From: Chiloscyllium plagiosum
Taxonomy: Eukaryota
Assembly: GCF_004010195.1 (NCBI RefSeq)
Contig: NC_057728.1
Location: 40,194,918-40,258,917 of the forward strand
Reading direction: 5' to 3'
Length of the DNA: 64,000 nt
The translations under genes and the position numbers were made by a program. Shown piece after piece: positions 50,293 to 62,696 of this stretch (the first letter of the stretch is position 1; each line of letters opens with the position of its first letter). Below the pieces are notes generated by a model. That model saw only the letters and a program-made list of their open reading frames with translations. It was not told where the DNA came from and made no database searches.

Positions 50293-51964
50293 ATGTCAAA
50301 GGTTTTCTTCACTCTGACAGCTAGCTCTGAGGGAGCTGGATCAGTGTGAAGGACTCTCCATGTGTAAATAAAGGGTGACTTGGGACAGGATACTGGCCTT
50401 TGTGCAGTTATTTCACACACATGAAGAGTTCTAACTTAATGTAAACAATTTTACATTAGAAATAGGTGCAACAAATATGCTGTGTTCATACATTACATTT
50501 ACTATTGTAACTCTGGAAGGCTAAGAAATTTGCATAGCTATGGGGAGCAGGCAATGTAGTGAAATTAACTGAGTAACTTTTTCAAAGGGCAAGTCTACAC
50601 ATGATTGGTCTTATTCTATGCTGTATGACTCTCAGACTTTTAGATGCTCTATGACAATAAAACCATTCAAATTCGCTAGACATTTCCTATTAGAGTCATA
50701 GAGTTAGAATCATATTGCATGGAAACAGATCCTTTGGTCCAACTCACCTGCACTGACCAGACAACCTAATCTGACCTAGTCCCATTTGCTTGCACTTGGC
50801 CCATATCCCTCTAAATCCTTCCTATTTATATATCCATCCAGATATCTTTTAAGTGTTGTAATTGCATCTGCCTCCACCACTTTCTTCTCGCAGCTCATTC
50901 CTTTTCAAATGTTTCCCCTCTCACCTTCAACCTATGAACATTGTTCTTGAAAGTTGGCCAAAAGGTCAACAATGGAGCTGTAGATATTCAATTAATGGAT
51001 GGCTAAAGCCTGGGAATTTCCATCTATCTGCAGAAGCACATAACCTCTCACTGAGACTCGACATTCATTAGGCAATTTATAATTGCCAGATCTGGTGAAT
51101 AAAAAAAAGTGACTTCACGCATTGTGAACTGTGCTACATTCAAGGGAGAAGATCTCTGTTCAGTATGCTATTGAGCGTTTGGATCTCATTTGTAAGGAAG
51201 CAAAGCTTTCAGGTGATGCCACCTGGGTCAGGCTATGAAAACATGTGGCTGGTACCTTTGCTGCTCAGATACCATCAAGTAAGGAACACATTTTTTATAT
51301 AGTCAGACACTGTTATTTTCCCTCTGTTGCTCTACCTCTTCATCCCCCAAGTACAGAGAAATTCATAACAGAATGCCATTTTTAGATCAATGTCTTTATA
51401 AGATCAGGAATGGATCAGTCAAAGTTAAGTATCCTCCAAATCTCTGAAATACATAAAGCCTGGCAGGAGAAAACATGTTATTCTATAATGGTATTTGTTT
51501 GACTATTAATTACATGTCCTGTCTACTGTTCAATTGGATGAATATCGGGCTGAATGTGTAGTCAAATTCTACAACTCCTGTTGTGCACTGCCCACAATGA
51601 ATGTTTGGTCCATAGTTCATCTGAAGCTCTCATTTGATATTCAGAACATTTTAGATCGGGGAAAATAGAATTGAGTGATGAGAAAATTTCCAGACTTCAT
51701 GCCCGCTTCCTAAATGACCTTCAGGTAAAACCAAATGCATTGACCTATTTACCCACTCGCTCAGCTGTGGGAAGATTTACTGGCTGAGCTGCCGCATTAA
51801 AACTTTACAATGAGCAGAATGATCAAACCACATACTTGTAAATAATAGATGTGAAGATAAGAATCATTCATTAATATATCTTTGAAAGACTGAGCCATAT
51901 ACTTCAGTTGCTAATTCACTACACATCAATGAAACTAACTTGGAATGGAAAAATTGAATACTAT

Positions 51965-54845
51965 ATAGAACACAGAACACAGAACTATACGGGCCCTTTG
52001 GCCCTCAATGTTGTGCTGACATTTTATCCTATTCTAAGATCAAAGTAACCTACACACCCTTCATTTTATGATCATCCTTGTGCCTATCCAAGAGGCGCTT
52101 AAATGTCTCTCATGTATCTGACTGTACTACCACGTCTGGCAGTGCATTCCACCCACCCACCACTCTCTGCATAAAGAACCTACCTCTGACATCTCCCTGA
52201 AACCTCTCTCCAATCACTTAAAAATTATGCCCCCTTCTGATAGGCATTTCTGCCCTGGGAAAAAGTCTTTGGCTATCCACTCTATCTATGCCTCTCATCA
52301 TCTAGCACACCTCTCTCAAGTCACCTCTCATCCTTCTACACTCCAATGAGAAAAGCCCTAGCTCCCTCCACCTTACTTCATAAGAAATGCCCTCCAGTCC
52401 AGGCAGCATCCTGGTAAATCTCCTCTGCATTCTCTCTAAAGCTTTCACATCCTTCCTATAATGCGGCAACTAGAACTGAACACAATATTCTAAGTGTGGT
52501 CCAACCAGGGCTTTATACAGCTGCAGCATAACCTTGCGGCTCTTAAACTCAATCACCCTGCCTAATGAAAGTCAACACACCGAATGCCTTCTGGCAACTT
52601 TGAGTGATCTATAGATGTAGACCCCAAGATCTCTCTGTTCCTCACACTAGCAAGAATCGTGCCTTTAATCCTATAATCTGCATTCAAATTTGACCTTCCA
52701 AAATGAATCACTTCACACTTTTCCTGGTTGAACTCCATCTGTCACTTCTCAGCCCAGTTCTGCATCCTGTCAATGTCCTGTTGCAACCTACAAAACCCTC
52801 TACACTATCCACAACTCCACCAATCTTCGTGTCATCGGCAAACTTACTAACCCACTCTCTTCATGTCCTCATCCAAGTAATTTAAACAAATCACAAAGAG
52901 CAGAGGTCCCAGAACAGATCCCTGTGGAACACCAGTGATCATCAAGCTCCAGGCTGAATATTTTCCACCTACTACCACCCTCTGTCTTCTGTAGCCTAGC
53001 CAATTCTGTATCCAGACAATCAAATTTACCTGTATCATATGCCTCCGTACTTTCTGAATGAGCCTATCCTGGGGAATATTATCATACGCCATGCTAAAAT
53101 CCATATGCACCACATCCACTGCTCTACCTTCATCAATGTGTTTTGTCACATCATCTAAGAATTCTATAAGACTTGTGAAGCATGATCCACCCCTCACAAA
53201 GTCATGCTGACTATCTCTAATCAAACTATGGTTTTCCAAAGATTATAAATCCTGTCTCTCAGAATCCTCTCCAATAATTTGCCACCACCAATGTAAGACT
53301 GATTATCCCCATTCCCTTTCTTGAACAAGGGAATAAAATTTGCCACCCTCTAATCATCTGGCACTACTTCAGTGGACAGTGAGGATGCAAAGATCATTGC
53401 CAAAGGTGCAGCAATGTCTTCCCTTGCTTCCTTTAGTAACCTTGGGCATATTCTGTCTGGCTCAGAAGACCTATCCATCCTCATGTTTTTCAAAATTTCT
53501 AGCACATCCACCTTCTTAACATCAATTTCTTCAAGTATATCAGCCTGTTTCATGCTGTCCTCACAAACGAAAGTGTCCCTCTCATGAGTGAACAATGAAG
53601 CAAAGTATTCATTAAGGATCCTCTACTTCCTCTGACTCCAGGCACATGTTCCGTCCACTACCCCTGATTGGCCCTACCCTCACTCTCTCTTGTTCCTCAC
53701 ATAAGTGTAGAATGCCTTGTGGTTTTCCTTAATGCTGCCCGCTAAAATTATTTCATCACCCCTTCTAGTTCTTGTAAGTCCATTATACAGTTCCTTCCTG
53801 GCTACCTTGTAACCCTCTAAAGCCCTGTCTGATCCTTGCTTCCTCAACCTTAAGTAAGCTTTCTCCTGCCTCTTGATTAGATGTTCCACATCCCTGTCAC
53901 CCAAGGTTCTTTCAACCTACCATCCTTTCCTTGCCACAGTGGGACAAAGCTAACCTGTACTATCAGCGAGTGCTCCCTAAACAACCTCCACATTTTTGTC
54001 GTGTGTTTCCCTGTCAATATCTGTTCCCAATTTATGCTCCAAAGTTCCTGCCTAATAGCATCATAACCCCCCTCCCCCAATTAAATACTTTCCCATACTC
54101 TCCCATACTTTCCTGATGAAGGGCATTTGCCTGAAACGTCGATTGTCCTGCTCCTCGGATGCTGCCCGACCTGCTGCGCTTTTCCAGCACCACACCCGTG
54201 ACACTACTTTCTTATATCATCTGGTCCTATCTCTCTCCATGGCTATAGCAAAGGTCAAAGGGTTTTGATCACTATCACTGAAATGCTCTCCCACCAAGAG
54301 ATCTGACACCTGACCTGGTTCCTTGCCAAGCAACAATCCCTTCGAGTCTGCCTATCTGTGTATTGAGTCAGGAATCCTTCCTGGACACACCTGACAAAGT
54401 CTGTTCCATCCAAACTATTTGTACTAAGGAGGTTACAATCAATATTAGGGAAGTTGAAGTCACCCATGACAACAACCTTGTTATTTCTGCACCTTTCTAT
54501 CACCCATTCAGCCTCCCGAATGATCCAAAGCTCATCCAGCTCCAGCTCCAGTTCCCTAATGCGGAGTTGGATTTGGGTGCAATTCTCACAGCTGAAGTCA
54601 GCAGGCGGTGACCCTTACCTTCCACATCCTGCAAAAGGAGCAGGCAACTGTCCTGACTCCCATTCCCTCTGCTTTAAATTACCAAAAGAGATTTTTAAAA
54701 AATCCTTACCTTACCAACCCTCCACATAGTATTTTTTCTTGGTTAGAGGAGGAGGAGGAGGACGGGTGGGAGACACTCCACTTGTACTGTTTCGAGTTTA
54801 GCCTCTACCTGAATATATAAGTTTACTTACCCAGCAGCCCCTGGA
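51965..54845 (-). mobile_element. CR1-type LINE, decayed, with 5' region
   Basis: (AGAACAC)n tail; [19 protein letters not shown] motifs. Confidence 0.9.
54111..54145 (+). ncRNA. Minimal hammerhead ribozyme motif in a PLE pLTR remnant (remnant extends to ~54203)
   Basis: CTGATGA 54113-54119, stem II GGGC-attt-GCCT, GAAAC 54133-54137, GTC 54138-54140. Confidence 0.7.
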
Positions 54846-54869
54846 TCCTGTTCAGCTTTTGCTGCAAGA

Positions 54870-55740
54870 AAACTAGATAAAAGTTTCATGTTTTCAGAAA
54901 GTTGGAGCAGCTATTTGGCCTTGGAAGGGAGCGGGTCAGAATAAACCAATTGGCAGTAGAAGTGCCAGCACAGACTTTGGGCATAGCTGGGAACGGGTGG
55001 GAGTAGTGGGTTTCAGGGGTAATTATAATGCCAGTTAAACCTGGGAAGGGAAAATAAAGAAAGTCAGAATGGAGTCTATAAGCTCTACAAGGGTTGGAGT
55101 GGGAGAAGAATGCACTTGTGGGTTGGAGGAAAAGCAAGTGTCTCTTTGAAAAGCTGGGATGTGGATGGGATTAGGAGGGATTGCATGTAGATAATCAATG
55201 GTCACATTTGTAGACGGAATGTCATTTTCCATTGCATTTGATCTCTCTGATGTGGACAGAAACACATGCAGTTTGATTAATGGAAAAATAGATACTATAA
55301 GTGATTGTCCATGGAAAATACATTTATGAATTGAACAGTATTGTGCAAAGAGTTGAATGACTGATGTGGTCATTTCTGATAAATCGGTTATGGGTTGAAA
55401 GTGCCAGTGAAAGAGTTATCAGATTTCTGCGTAATGAACAAGAATATATTTGATGGAATGAAGGTTCTTGAAAGCAGAGATGAGACTGGAAGGGAAAAAT
55501 CTGAGGAATGCAGAAGCTCGTAAGTTGGGACATGAAGTAATGTATTATCCTATCATTGTTTGAGTGGAGGTGGAGCAGGTGAGAAAGGAGGCCCAGGAAA
55601 TGGATGCCATTATTGGTCAAGGGCAAAAGGCATTTCTTATTCTCTGATGTGGAAAAGGGATTCAACTAGTTGTTGGAATGATAGAGATGGGAATATCTGG
55701 ACAGAAGAAAAGATTTTTTTGCAAGAACCATAATTGGAAG
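54870..55740 (-). mobile_element. Very old PLE-like fragment
   Basis: Weak similarity of purine-rich + strand to the PLE 3' region; no intact motifs. Confidence 0.4.
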
Positions 55741-55757
55741 AGCATTATTAGGATAGA

Positions 55758-55891
55758 GTTAAAAATCAGGTCACAGTCCAACAGGTTTATTTGGAAGCAC
55801 TATATTTTGGAGCGCAGCTCCTTCATCAGGTAGCTGTGAAACAGGATCATAAGACTTTGTCCATCCCAGTCCAACACCAACTCCTCCACAT
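55758..55891 (-). mobile_element. Short remnant of a second PLE family with hammerhead motif
   Basis: TCATCAG 55823-55829 with stem ggagc/gctcc; 15-bp TSD cattattaggataga 55743-55757 / cattatcaggataga 55892-55906. Confidence 0.7.
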
Positions 55892-57108
55892 CATTATCAG
55901 GATAGATATGGAAATCTGTTGGTTTGCGAAAGAGGGCTGCAGAAGGGCATGTGGAGGAATAAAACATCTAGATAAAGAAGGGAAATGGATCACAATAGAG
56001 CAAAGACTGGGTGAATAATAGAAGGTTAGTTAATGATATTCAAAAATCCATTCTCCTTTAAAATATCAGGATTATATCGGTGAGATAGATCATTCTGTTT
56101 TTGTTGCTACTGGAAGCATTTGTTATACTTGGACAGAATTATGAATATTCAAACACCAACTATAGCAATGGACCAAATCAGGCAAAAAATGCATAATTTC
56201 AAATGGAATTTTCCACCCCATCCCTAAGATACACTGAATTAAAGTCAAACTGAGTGTATCATCACACCATCTCTAATTTTAACTCATGCCACATGTATGC
56301 TGTAGGCATTGACATGGATAGCAAACTCTGACATGCCTGAGACCTTGGAATAGTGACAGAAGACGTCTGTAACCCTCAGCAGGGCGGACAAGACAACATG
56401 CTGCAGACCATTACATTTCCAATAACAGTAACACAAATTGCTGGAGAAACTCAGGTGGCCTGACAGCATCTGTGGAGAGGAAGAGGAGTTAATGTTTCAA
56501 GTCCAGTCACCCTTCTTCAGAACTTTATTGTCCCTTCCCTCAGCAGAACAAGTGCAAGAGGAAGTTCCTAACGGAGGAAACTACTTTCTGTGGATTTCTG
56601 ATTTAGTCATTCAACCAGGAACCAGAAAGCGTTGAATGTTTTCAAAAAGGAATTAGATAAAGTTCTGAGGGCTAAAGAGATCAAAGTGAGAACAGGGTAC
56701 TGAGTTGGATTATCAGCCATGATCAGATTGAGCCTTCTCTGCCATTCAAAGGGCTGAATGGCCAACTCCTGCTCATGTTTTCTTTGTTTCTGTATTGCTA
56801 TGTTTAAGGCTGGCTTGCAACTTAGCCCTTTATATAAGAATTTAATACATATCCTAATATTTCCTTCTTTAACTTCCAGTCGATTTTTTGGTTTGACTTT
56901 TGAATGGTTTATATGCATGACCTCTGTCATGCTTATCAATCTGAAACTATCTATCCAACTGGATTGATTCTTATATCATTTAAAGAAGATTCTTTTTACA
57001 CCTGCTTTTCTATAAAATAAATATCCATAGCTCTTGTAATTCACCCTTCCAGTAGCAGTGCTAAGGTAAGGTATTGTTCTAGTTAGAATTTCTTGTGTAT
57101 TTATCATC

Positions 57109-57831
57109 TGTAACTATGCTGCCCCTTTAACAAGGTTATTTTGTCCTAGGGTTTTTTTTAAGAGAGTTTGTGAAGGTAGAGGTGCCAAAATCTGGATTGG
57201 TGGTGCTGGAAGAGCACAGCAGTTCAGGCAGCATCCAAGGAGATTTCGAAGTTCCTTGGATGCTGCCTGAACTGCTTTGCTCTTCCAGCACCACTAACCC
57301 AGAATCTGGTTTCCAGCATCTGCAGTCATTGTTTTTACCAGAGGTGCCAAAATGTCTGGGAAGAACTGAGTTTAACAATGGCAGGGGAGTGGCCAATTCT
57401 TCCAGTTCAGGTTTTTTCTAGTTTTTCTTTGAGTTGTGACAGTGAGAAGCTGCTGCAGTCCAGAGAAGGGTTCAAGCTTCAGCAGATAATTCTTGACTGG
57501 CTTCCCTCTCTGAACTCTCTCCTGTCTCTAAGAACCTGAGTTTGAATTTACCTTTTGCCAAGAGGTGTGTTTATGGGATGTTACGGGGATTGGAACAGCT
57601 CCTTGGTTAAGTTGGGGTGTCGAGCCGGTTGGGTTTTCAAATAGTTTAGTTATTCTAAAATCTGTTATATTTTGTTTCAACTGTACATTCTGTTTTGCTT
57701 AAAGCCAAGTGATTTGACCAACTGCATCACACCTGGAATATCCACTTCACATCTGCCATTAAAATAAGAAAAGGTTAGAGTCTGGGCTACCTTCTTAACA
57801 TATTTTAAGGGGGTCTAGCTGGTCCATAACA
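57109..57831 (+). mobile_element. Solo LTR with 4-bp TSD
   Basis: TGTAAC...ATAACA termini flanked by CATC at 57105-57108 and 57832-57835. Confidence 0.75.
57192..57339 (+). mobile_element. Fold-back PLE pLTR remnant (hairpin) inside the LTR
   Basis: Near-perfect ~50-bp inverted repeat; exact 14-bp TSD agaggtgccaaaat 57178-57191 / 57340-57353. Confidence 0.88.
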
Positions 57832-58739
57832 CATCGTTCCAACATACTTCACCATTTGAAGATCCAAAATTGCCCATAACACTCCAAGGACAAATGTACA
57901 AACATCTCATAAAGACTAAACACTGTTTTTTGCCTTATTTTCAGTGATTCTAAAACTGTATTCCCGATCTTCTTTTCTTTCTGTGGACATAAGTGGTCGG
58001 ATGAAGGAACAGACTCCTGGTTTTGGGAGTTGATGGCGAAGCAATGTAAATCCTCCAGCAACTTGTGGAGACTCAAAACTCACAGTGTAAACCTAACATT
58101 TTTTTAAATATGTTGCGCTGGTAAAAGCTTGCATTTTGCATTCATTATTACACAGGTGCCAACAAACTCGGGGCCAATTTGTTCTCAGGGATATTTGTTT
58201 TCGCTGCCTGTAATTGAATGACGGTCCCGTAGAGGGAGCTGGTGCTGGTTATAATAACTTGCAATATATTTGTGGATTGCTGTGAGCAAAGAATAAGGTA
58301 TGAGCAAAGCAGTCAAGATTTGGGAATTGTCATGTCACTCAGTGGCCATATAAAAGAACGTAGAGAAAATTAAGTAAATTTAATCACATTTGTATTTGGC
58401 TTCCAGTCAACATAATATTTAAGGTTAACAGTGAAGTTTCCTGAAGCTAACATTGGTAATACTGGTTTTAATCCTCATGCTCAAGACCATACATGACATA
58501 ATTGTCATTACTTTTGCATGAATTGGAAAAGAAGTATAATCCACTTTTTAAATACACTATTTGGTAGCTGTACCTATACTGTGCTGTCCAACATTTAAAA
58601 ATCAATATGCCTACAAAATGCTGGGCAGAACTTGTACATCTGCATTATTGGTGAAGCATAAATGTGTAAGTGCTGGAGTACTAGAACTGCCAACTGACTT
58701 TTCCTAGTTAACTACATGAATAAAGGAAGTTCGTTTTTA

Positions 58740-59130
58740 TTCACTCATAGAATGTGGGTGGTACTTACTGGGCCAGCATTTATTACCCCATCCTTAGTTC
58801 CCCTTGATAAGGTGGTGGTGAGCTGCTTTCTTGAACCACTACAGTCAGTTGTGTGGCACAAATGTTTCTTGACATGTACTAGCCAAAATCCAGATGTTGC
58901 TGAATTTGGAATGTGGTAGTCGAGAAGTTGCAAATGCTGCTGAACATTGTGCAAATGATCAGTAAATATCCCCACTTCTGACCTTATGATGGAGGGAAGG
59001 TCATTGCTAAAGCAACTGAAGATGTTTAGACCTAAGGCACTTCTGTTAAGAATTTCTGCAGAGATGTCTGGGAATTGAGATGACTGATCTCCAACAATTA
59101 CAACTATCTTCCTTTGTACCAGCTATGTTT
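58740..59130 (-). mobile_element. L2/CR1-clade LINE 3' fragment
   Basis: 'cccttgataaggtggtggtgagctgctttcttgaacc' tail shared with 46675. Confidence 0.6.
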
Positions 59131-59939
59131 ACATAAAAAGAAAATACTGTGGATGCTGGAAATCTGAAAAAATAGACAGCAAATTTTTGGAAACAAAAAC
59201 AGAAATGGTTGGAAAAGTTCAGCAGGTCTGGCAGCATCTGTGAAGAGAAATCAGAGTTAATGTTTCAATGACCCTGAGGTCTGTGGCAAGATGGAAGGCA
59301 AGAGGGATTAAAGATAAAACAGATATGCTCTAAAGGAGGTGTAATGTGACAAGATATAAAAGATAGTTTAGAAGGGCTGTAAATGGGACAGTAAAATCAT
59401 CACTAACAACTGCTGAAAAAATAATAAAATATGGTCAGAGCTTATGAGCTGAAATTGTTTCACTCAGTGTTGAGTAATATATTCATTATTGTAAGCTTTC
59501 ACAGTTTTCTGGGCAATGGAATGCTACTTGTGAAAGACCCTCCATTCATTGGTAGAAAGAAAATAACTTTCTTGATATATAGATTTTTTTCCATCTTTTG
59601 TGCTCATGAGGGTGACTGATTATACAAAAGTTAACCTCTGCCAATTCAGACATGTGGTCAAATATGAGCACAGCTGATTAAAGAGCAAAGTTCCTTTGAC
59701 CTTTCCCTAAATAAGTGCTTCTATTTTCTTTGCACCGCACTAGTGACATCACATTTTTTAATCTTACACACCAATCATTATGCTGTCTCTCTGAATGAGA
59801 TTGCCAGCTGAAATACTTCTGGATTTGGATACTCTATAGCCATCTACATATTTGATTGCAATGTATTCAATAGACTGCTGAAGAAAATAATGCTATGGCT
59901 AATAATTTTGCACAAGAAGACTAATGAGACCAAAATACT

Positions 59940-62696
59940 ATAAGACATAGGAGTAGAAGCAAGGTCATTTGACCCATCAAGTCCACTCTGCCATTTAATC
60001 ATGGTTGATGGGCGTTTCAATTCCACTTACCCACACTCTCCCCATAACCCTTAATTCCTTGCGAGATCAAAAATTTATCAATCTCTGCTTTGAAGACACC
60101 CAACATCCCAGCCTCCAATGTGCTCTGTGGCAATGAATTCCACATGCCCAACACTTCCACATGCTGAAGAAATGTTTCCTCATTTCCATTTTAAATTGAT
60201 CCCCCTCTAATTTTAAGGCTGTGCCCATGGGTCCTAGTCTTCCCGCCTAACGGAATCAAATTCCCAGCGTCCACCTTTTCTAAGCCATGCATTATCTTGA
60301 AAATTTCTCTTAGATCACCCCATAACCTTCTAAATTCTAATGATACAATCCCAGGATCCTCAGCTGTTCATCATATGTTAGACTAACATTCTAGGAATTA
60401 TCCGTGGAAATCTCTGCTGGACATGCTCCAGTGCCAGAATGTCCTTCCTGAGGTATGGTGCTCAAAATTGCACACAGTATTCTAAATGAGGCCTAACTAG
60501 ACATTTATAAAGTCTCAGAAGCACATTGCTGCTTTTATATTCCAACCCACTTGAGATAAATGACAACATTAATTTGATTTCTTAACCACGGACTCAACCT
60601 GCAAATCAACCTTAAGAGAATCCTGTATTATTACTCCCAGATCCCTTTGTACTTTGGCTTTATGAATTTTCTCACCATTTAAAAAATAGTCCATGCCTGT
60701 GTTCCTTTTTCCAAAGTGCAAGACCTCGCACTTGCTCACGTTGAATTTCATCAGCCATTTCCTGAACCACTCGCCTAAACTGTCTAAATCTTTCTGTAGC
60801 CTCCCCACCTCCTCAGTACTACCTGCCTGTCTGCTGGACTTCGTATCATCGGTGAACTTTGCCAGAATGCCCCCAGTCCCTTCATCCAGATCATTAGTGT
60901 ATAAAGCGAACAGGGGTGGCCCCAACACTGAACACTGCGGGACACCACTTGTCACCAGCTGCCATTCCGAAAAAGAATGTTTTATCCCAACTCACTGCCT
61001 TCTGTCAGGCAACCAATCCCTAATCCATGGAGCAGGAAATCGATGTTTCGGGCCAAAGCCCTTCATTAAGAATCATTCCCCTGCTCCTCGGATGCTGCCA
61101 GGCCCACTGTGCTTTTCCAGCAACACACTCTCAATTCTGACCTCTAACATCTGTAGACCTTACTGTCTCCCAATCCCCAATCCATGCCAGTAGCTCACCT
61201 CGAACGTCATGGGCCCTCACCTTACTCAGCAGCTTCCCGTGAGGCAGCTTATCAAAGGCCTTTTGGAAGTCTAGATAGATAACTTCCACTGGGTTTCCCT
61301 GGTCTAACCTACTTGTTACTTCTCCAAAGATTTCTAACAGGTTTGTCAGGCACGACCTCCACTTACTAAATCCATGCTGGCTTGCTCTAATCCAACCCTG
61401 CACTTGCAAGAATTTAGACATCTCATCCTTAATTATGGAATCTGGAATTTTTCCTACAACCGAGGTTAAGCTAATCAGCCTATAATTTTCCATCTTTTGT
61501 CTTGATCCTTTCTTGAACAAGGGGTTACAACAGCGATTTTCCAATTATCTGGGACTTTACCTGACTCCAGTGATTTTTGAAAGATCTCAGTCAGTGCCTC
61601 AGCTATTTTCTCAGCCACCTCTCTCAGAACTCTATGATGTAGCCCATCGGGGCCAGGAGATTTATTGATTTTTAGACCTTTTAGCTTTTCTAGCACTTTC
61701 TCTTTTGTAATGACTACCGTATTCAACTCTGCCCCTTGACTCTCCTTAATTGTTGAGATATTACTCATGTCCTCCATTGTGAAGACTGACACAAAGTACT
61801 TATTCAGTTCTTCAGCTATTTCCTTATCTCCCAGCACTAGCCTTCCAGCATCAATTTGGAGGGGCCCAATTTCTACTTTTGCCTCTTGTTTGTTTCTTAT
61901 GTATTGAAAGAAACTTTTACTATCATTTCTAATATTTCTGGCTGGCCTACCTTCATATTTGATCCTCTCTTTCCTTATTTGTCTCTTTGTTATCCTTTGT
62001 TTGTTTTTGTAGTCTTCCCAATCTTCTGATTTCCCAGTGCTCTTGGCCACTTTATAGGCGCTCTCTTTTTCTGTGATACATTTCCCGACTTCCTTTGTCA
62101 GCCGTGGCTATCTAGCCCCTTCCCGGATAATATTTCTTTTTCTTGGGATGAACCTCTGCAATGCGTCCTCAATTACATCCAGAAACTCATGCCATTGTTG
62201 CTCTACTGTCTTCCCCACTAGGCTCTGCTTCTATTCAATTTTCAACAGTTCCTCTCTCATGCCCCTGTATAATTGCCTTTATTTAACTGTAACACCATTA
62301 CATCTGATTTTGCCTTCTCTCTTTCAAACTGCAGACTGAACTCTACCATATTATGATCGCTGCCTCCTTTGTGTTCCCTTACTTTAAGATCTTTTATAAA
62401 GTCTGGCTCATTACATAAGTCCAGAATAGTCCTGTAAGCATTCCATGAATTCCCTTTCTTTGGATCCACTGGCAGCATTATCCGCCCAGTCCACCTGCAT
62501 ATTGAAGTCCCCCATGGTCACCATGACCTTGCCTTTCTGACATGCCCTATCTATTTCCTGGTACATCTTGCGCCCCTGGTCCTGACCACTGCTGGGAGAT
62601 CTGAACATAACTCTCATTATCGTTTTTTTGCCTTTGTGGTTCCTCAACTCCACCCACACAGATTCCACATCATCTGACCTTATGTCATTCAGTGAC
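59940..62696 (-). mobile_element. CR1-type LINE (endonuclease to 3' tail)
   Basis: VESVWVEL, GDFNM, NKSPGPDG, DFQKAFDK, SGVPQCSVLGP, KFTDDTK. Confidence 0.93.
61030..61170 (+). mobile_element. Short PLE pLTR remnant with inverted 5' piece
   Basis: 16-bp TSD caatccctaatccatg 61014-61029 / caatccccaatccatg 61171-61186. Confidence 0.85.

Larger units (their letters stand above)
49573..50415 (+). mobile_element. Solo LTR interrupted by Tx1-clade LINE pieces
   Basis: TGTAAT...TTTCA termini, TATAAA ~49665, AATAAA ~50367; no clear TSD. Confidence 0.6.

Noticed and set aside
57945..58213. Open frame after a good splice acceptor (ttattttcAG) as an exon of another gene
   Set aside because: No recognisable protein similarity and no partner exons
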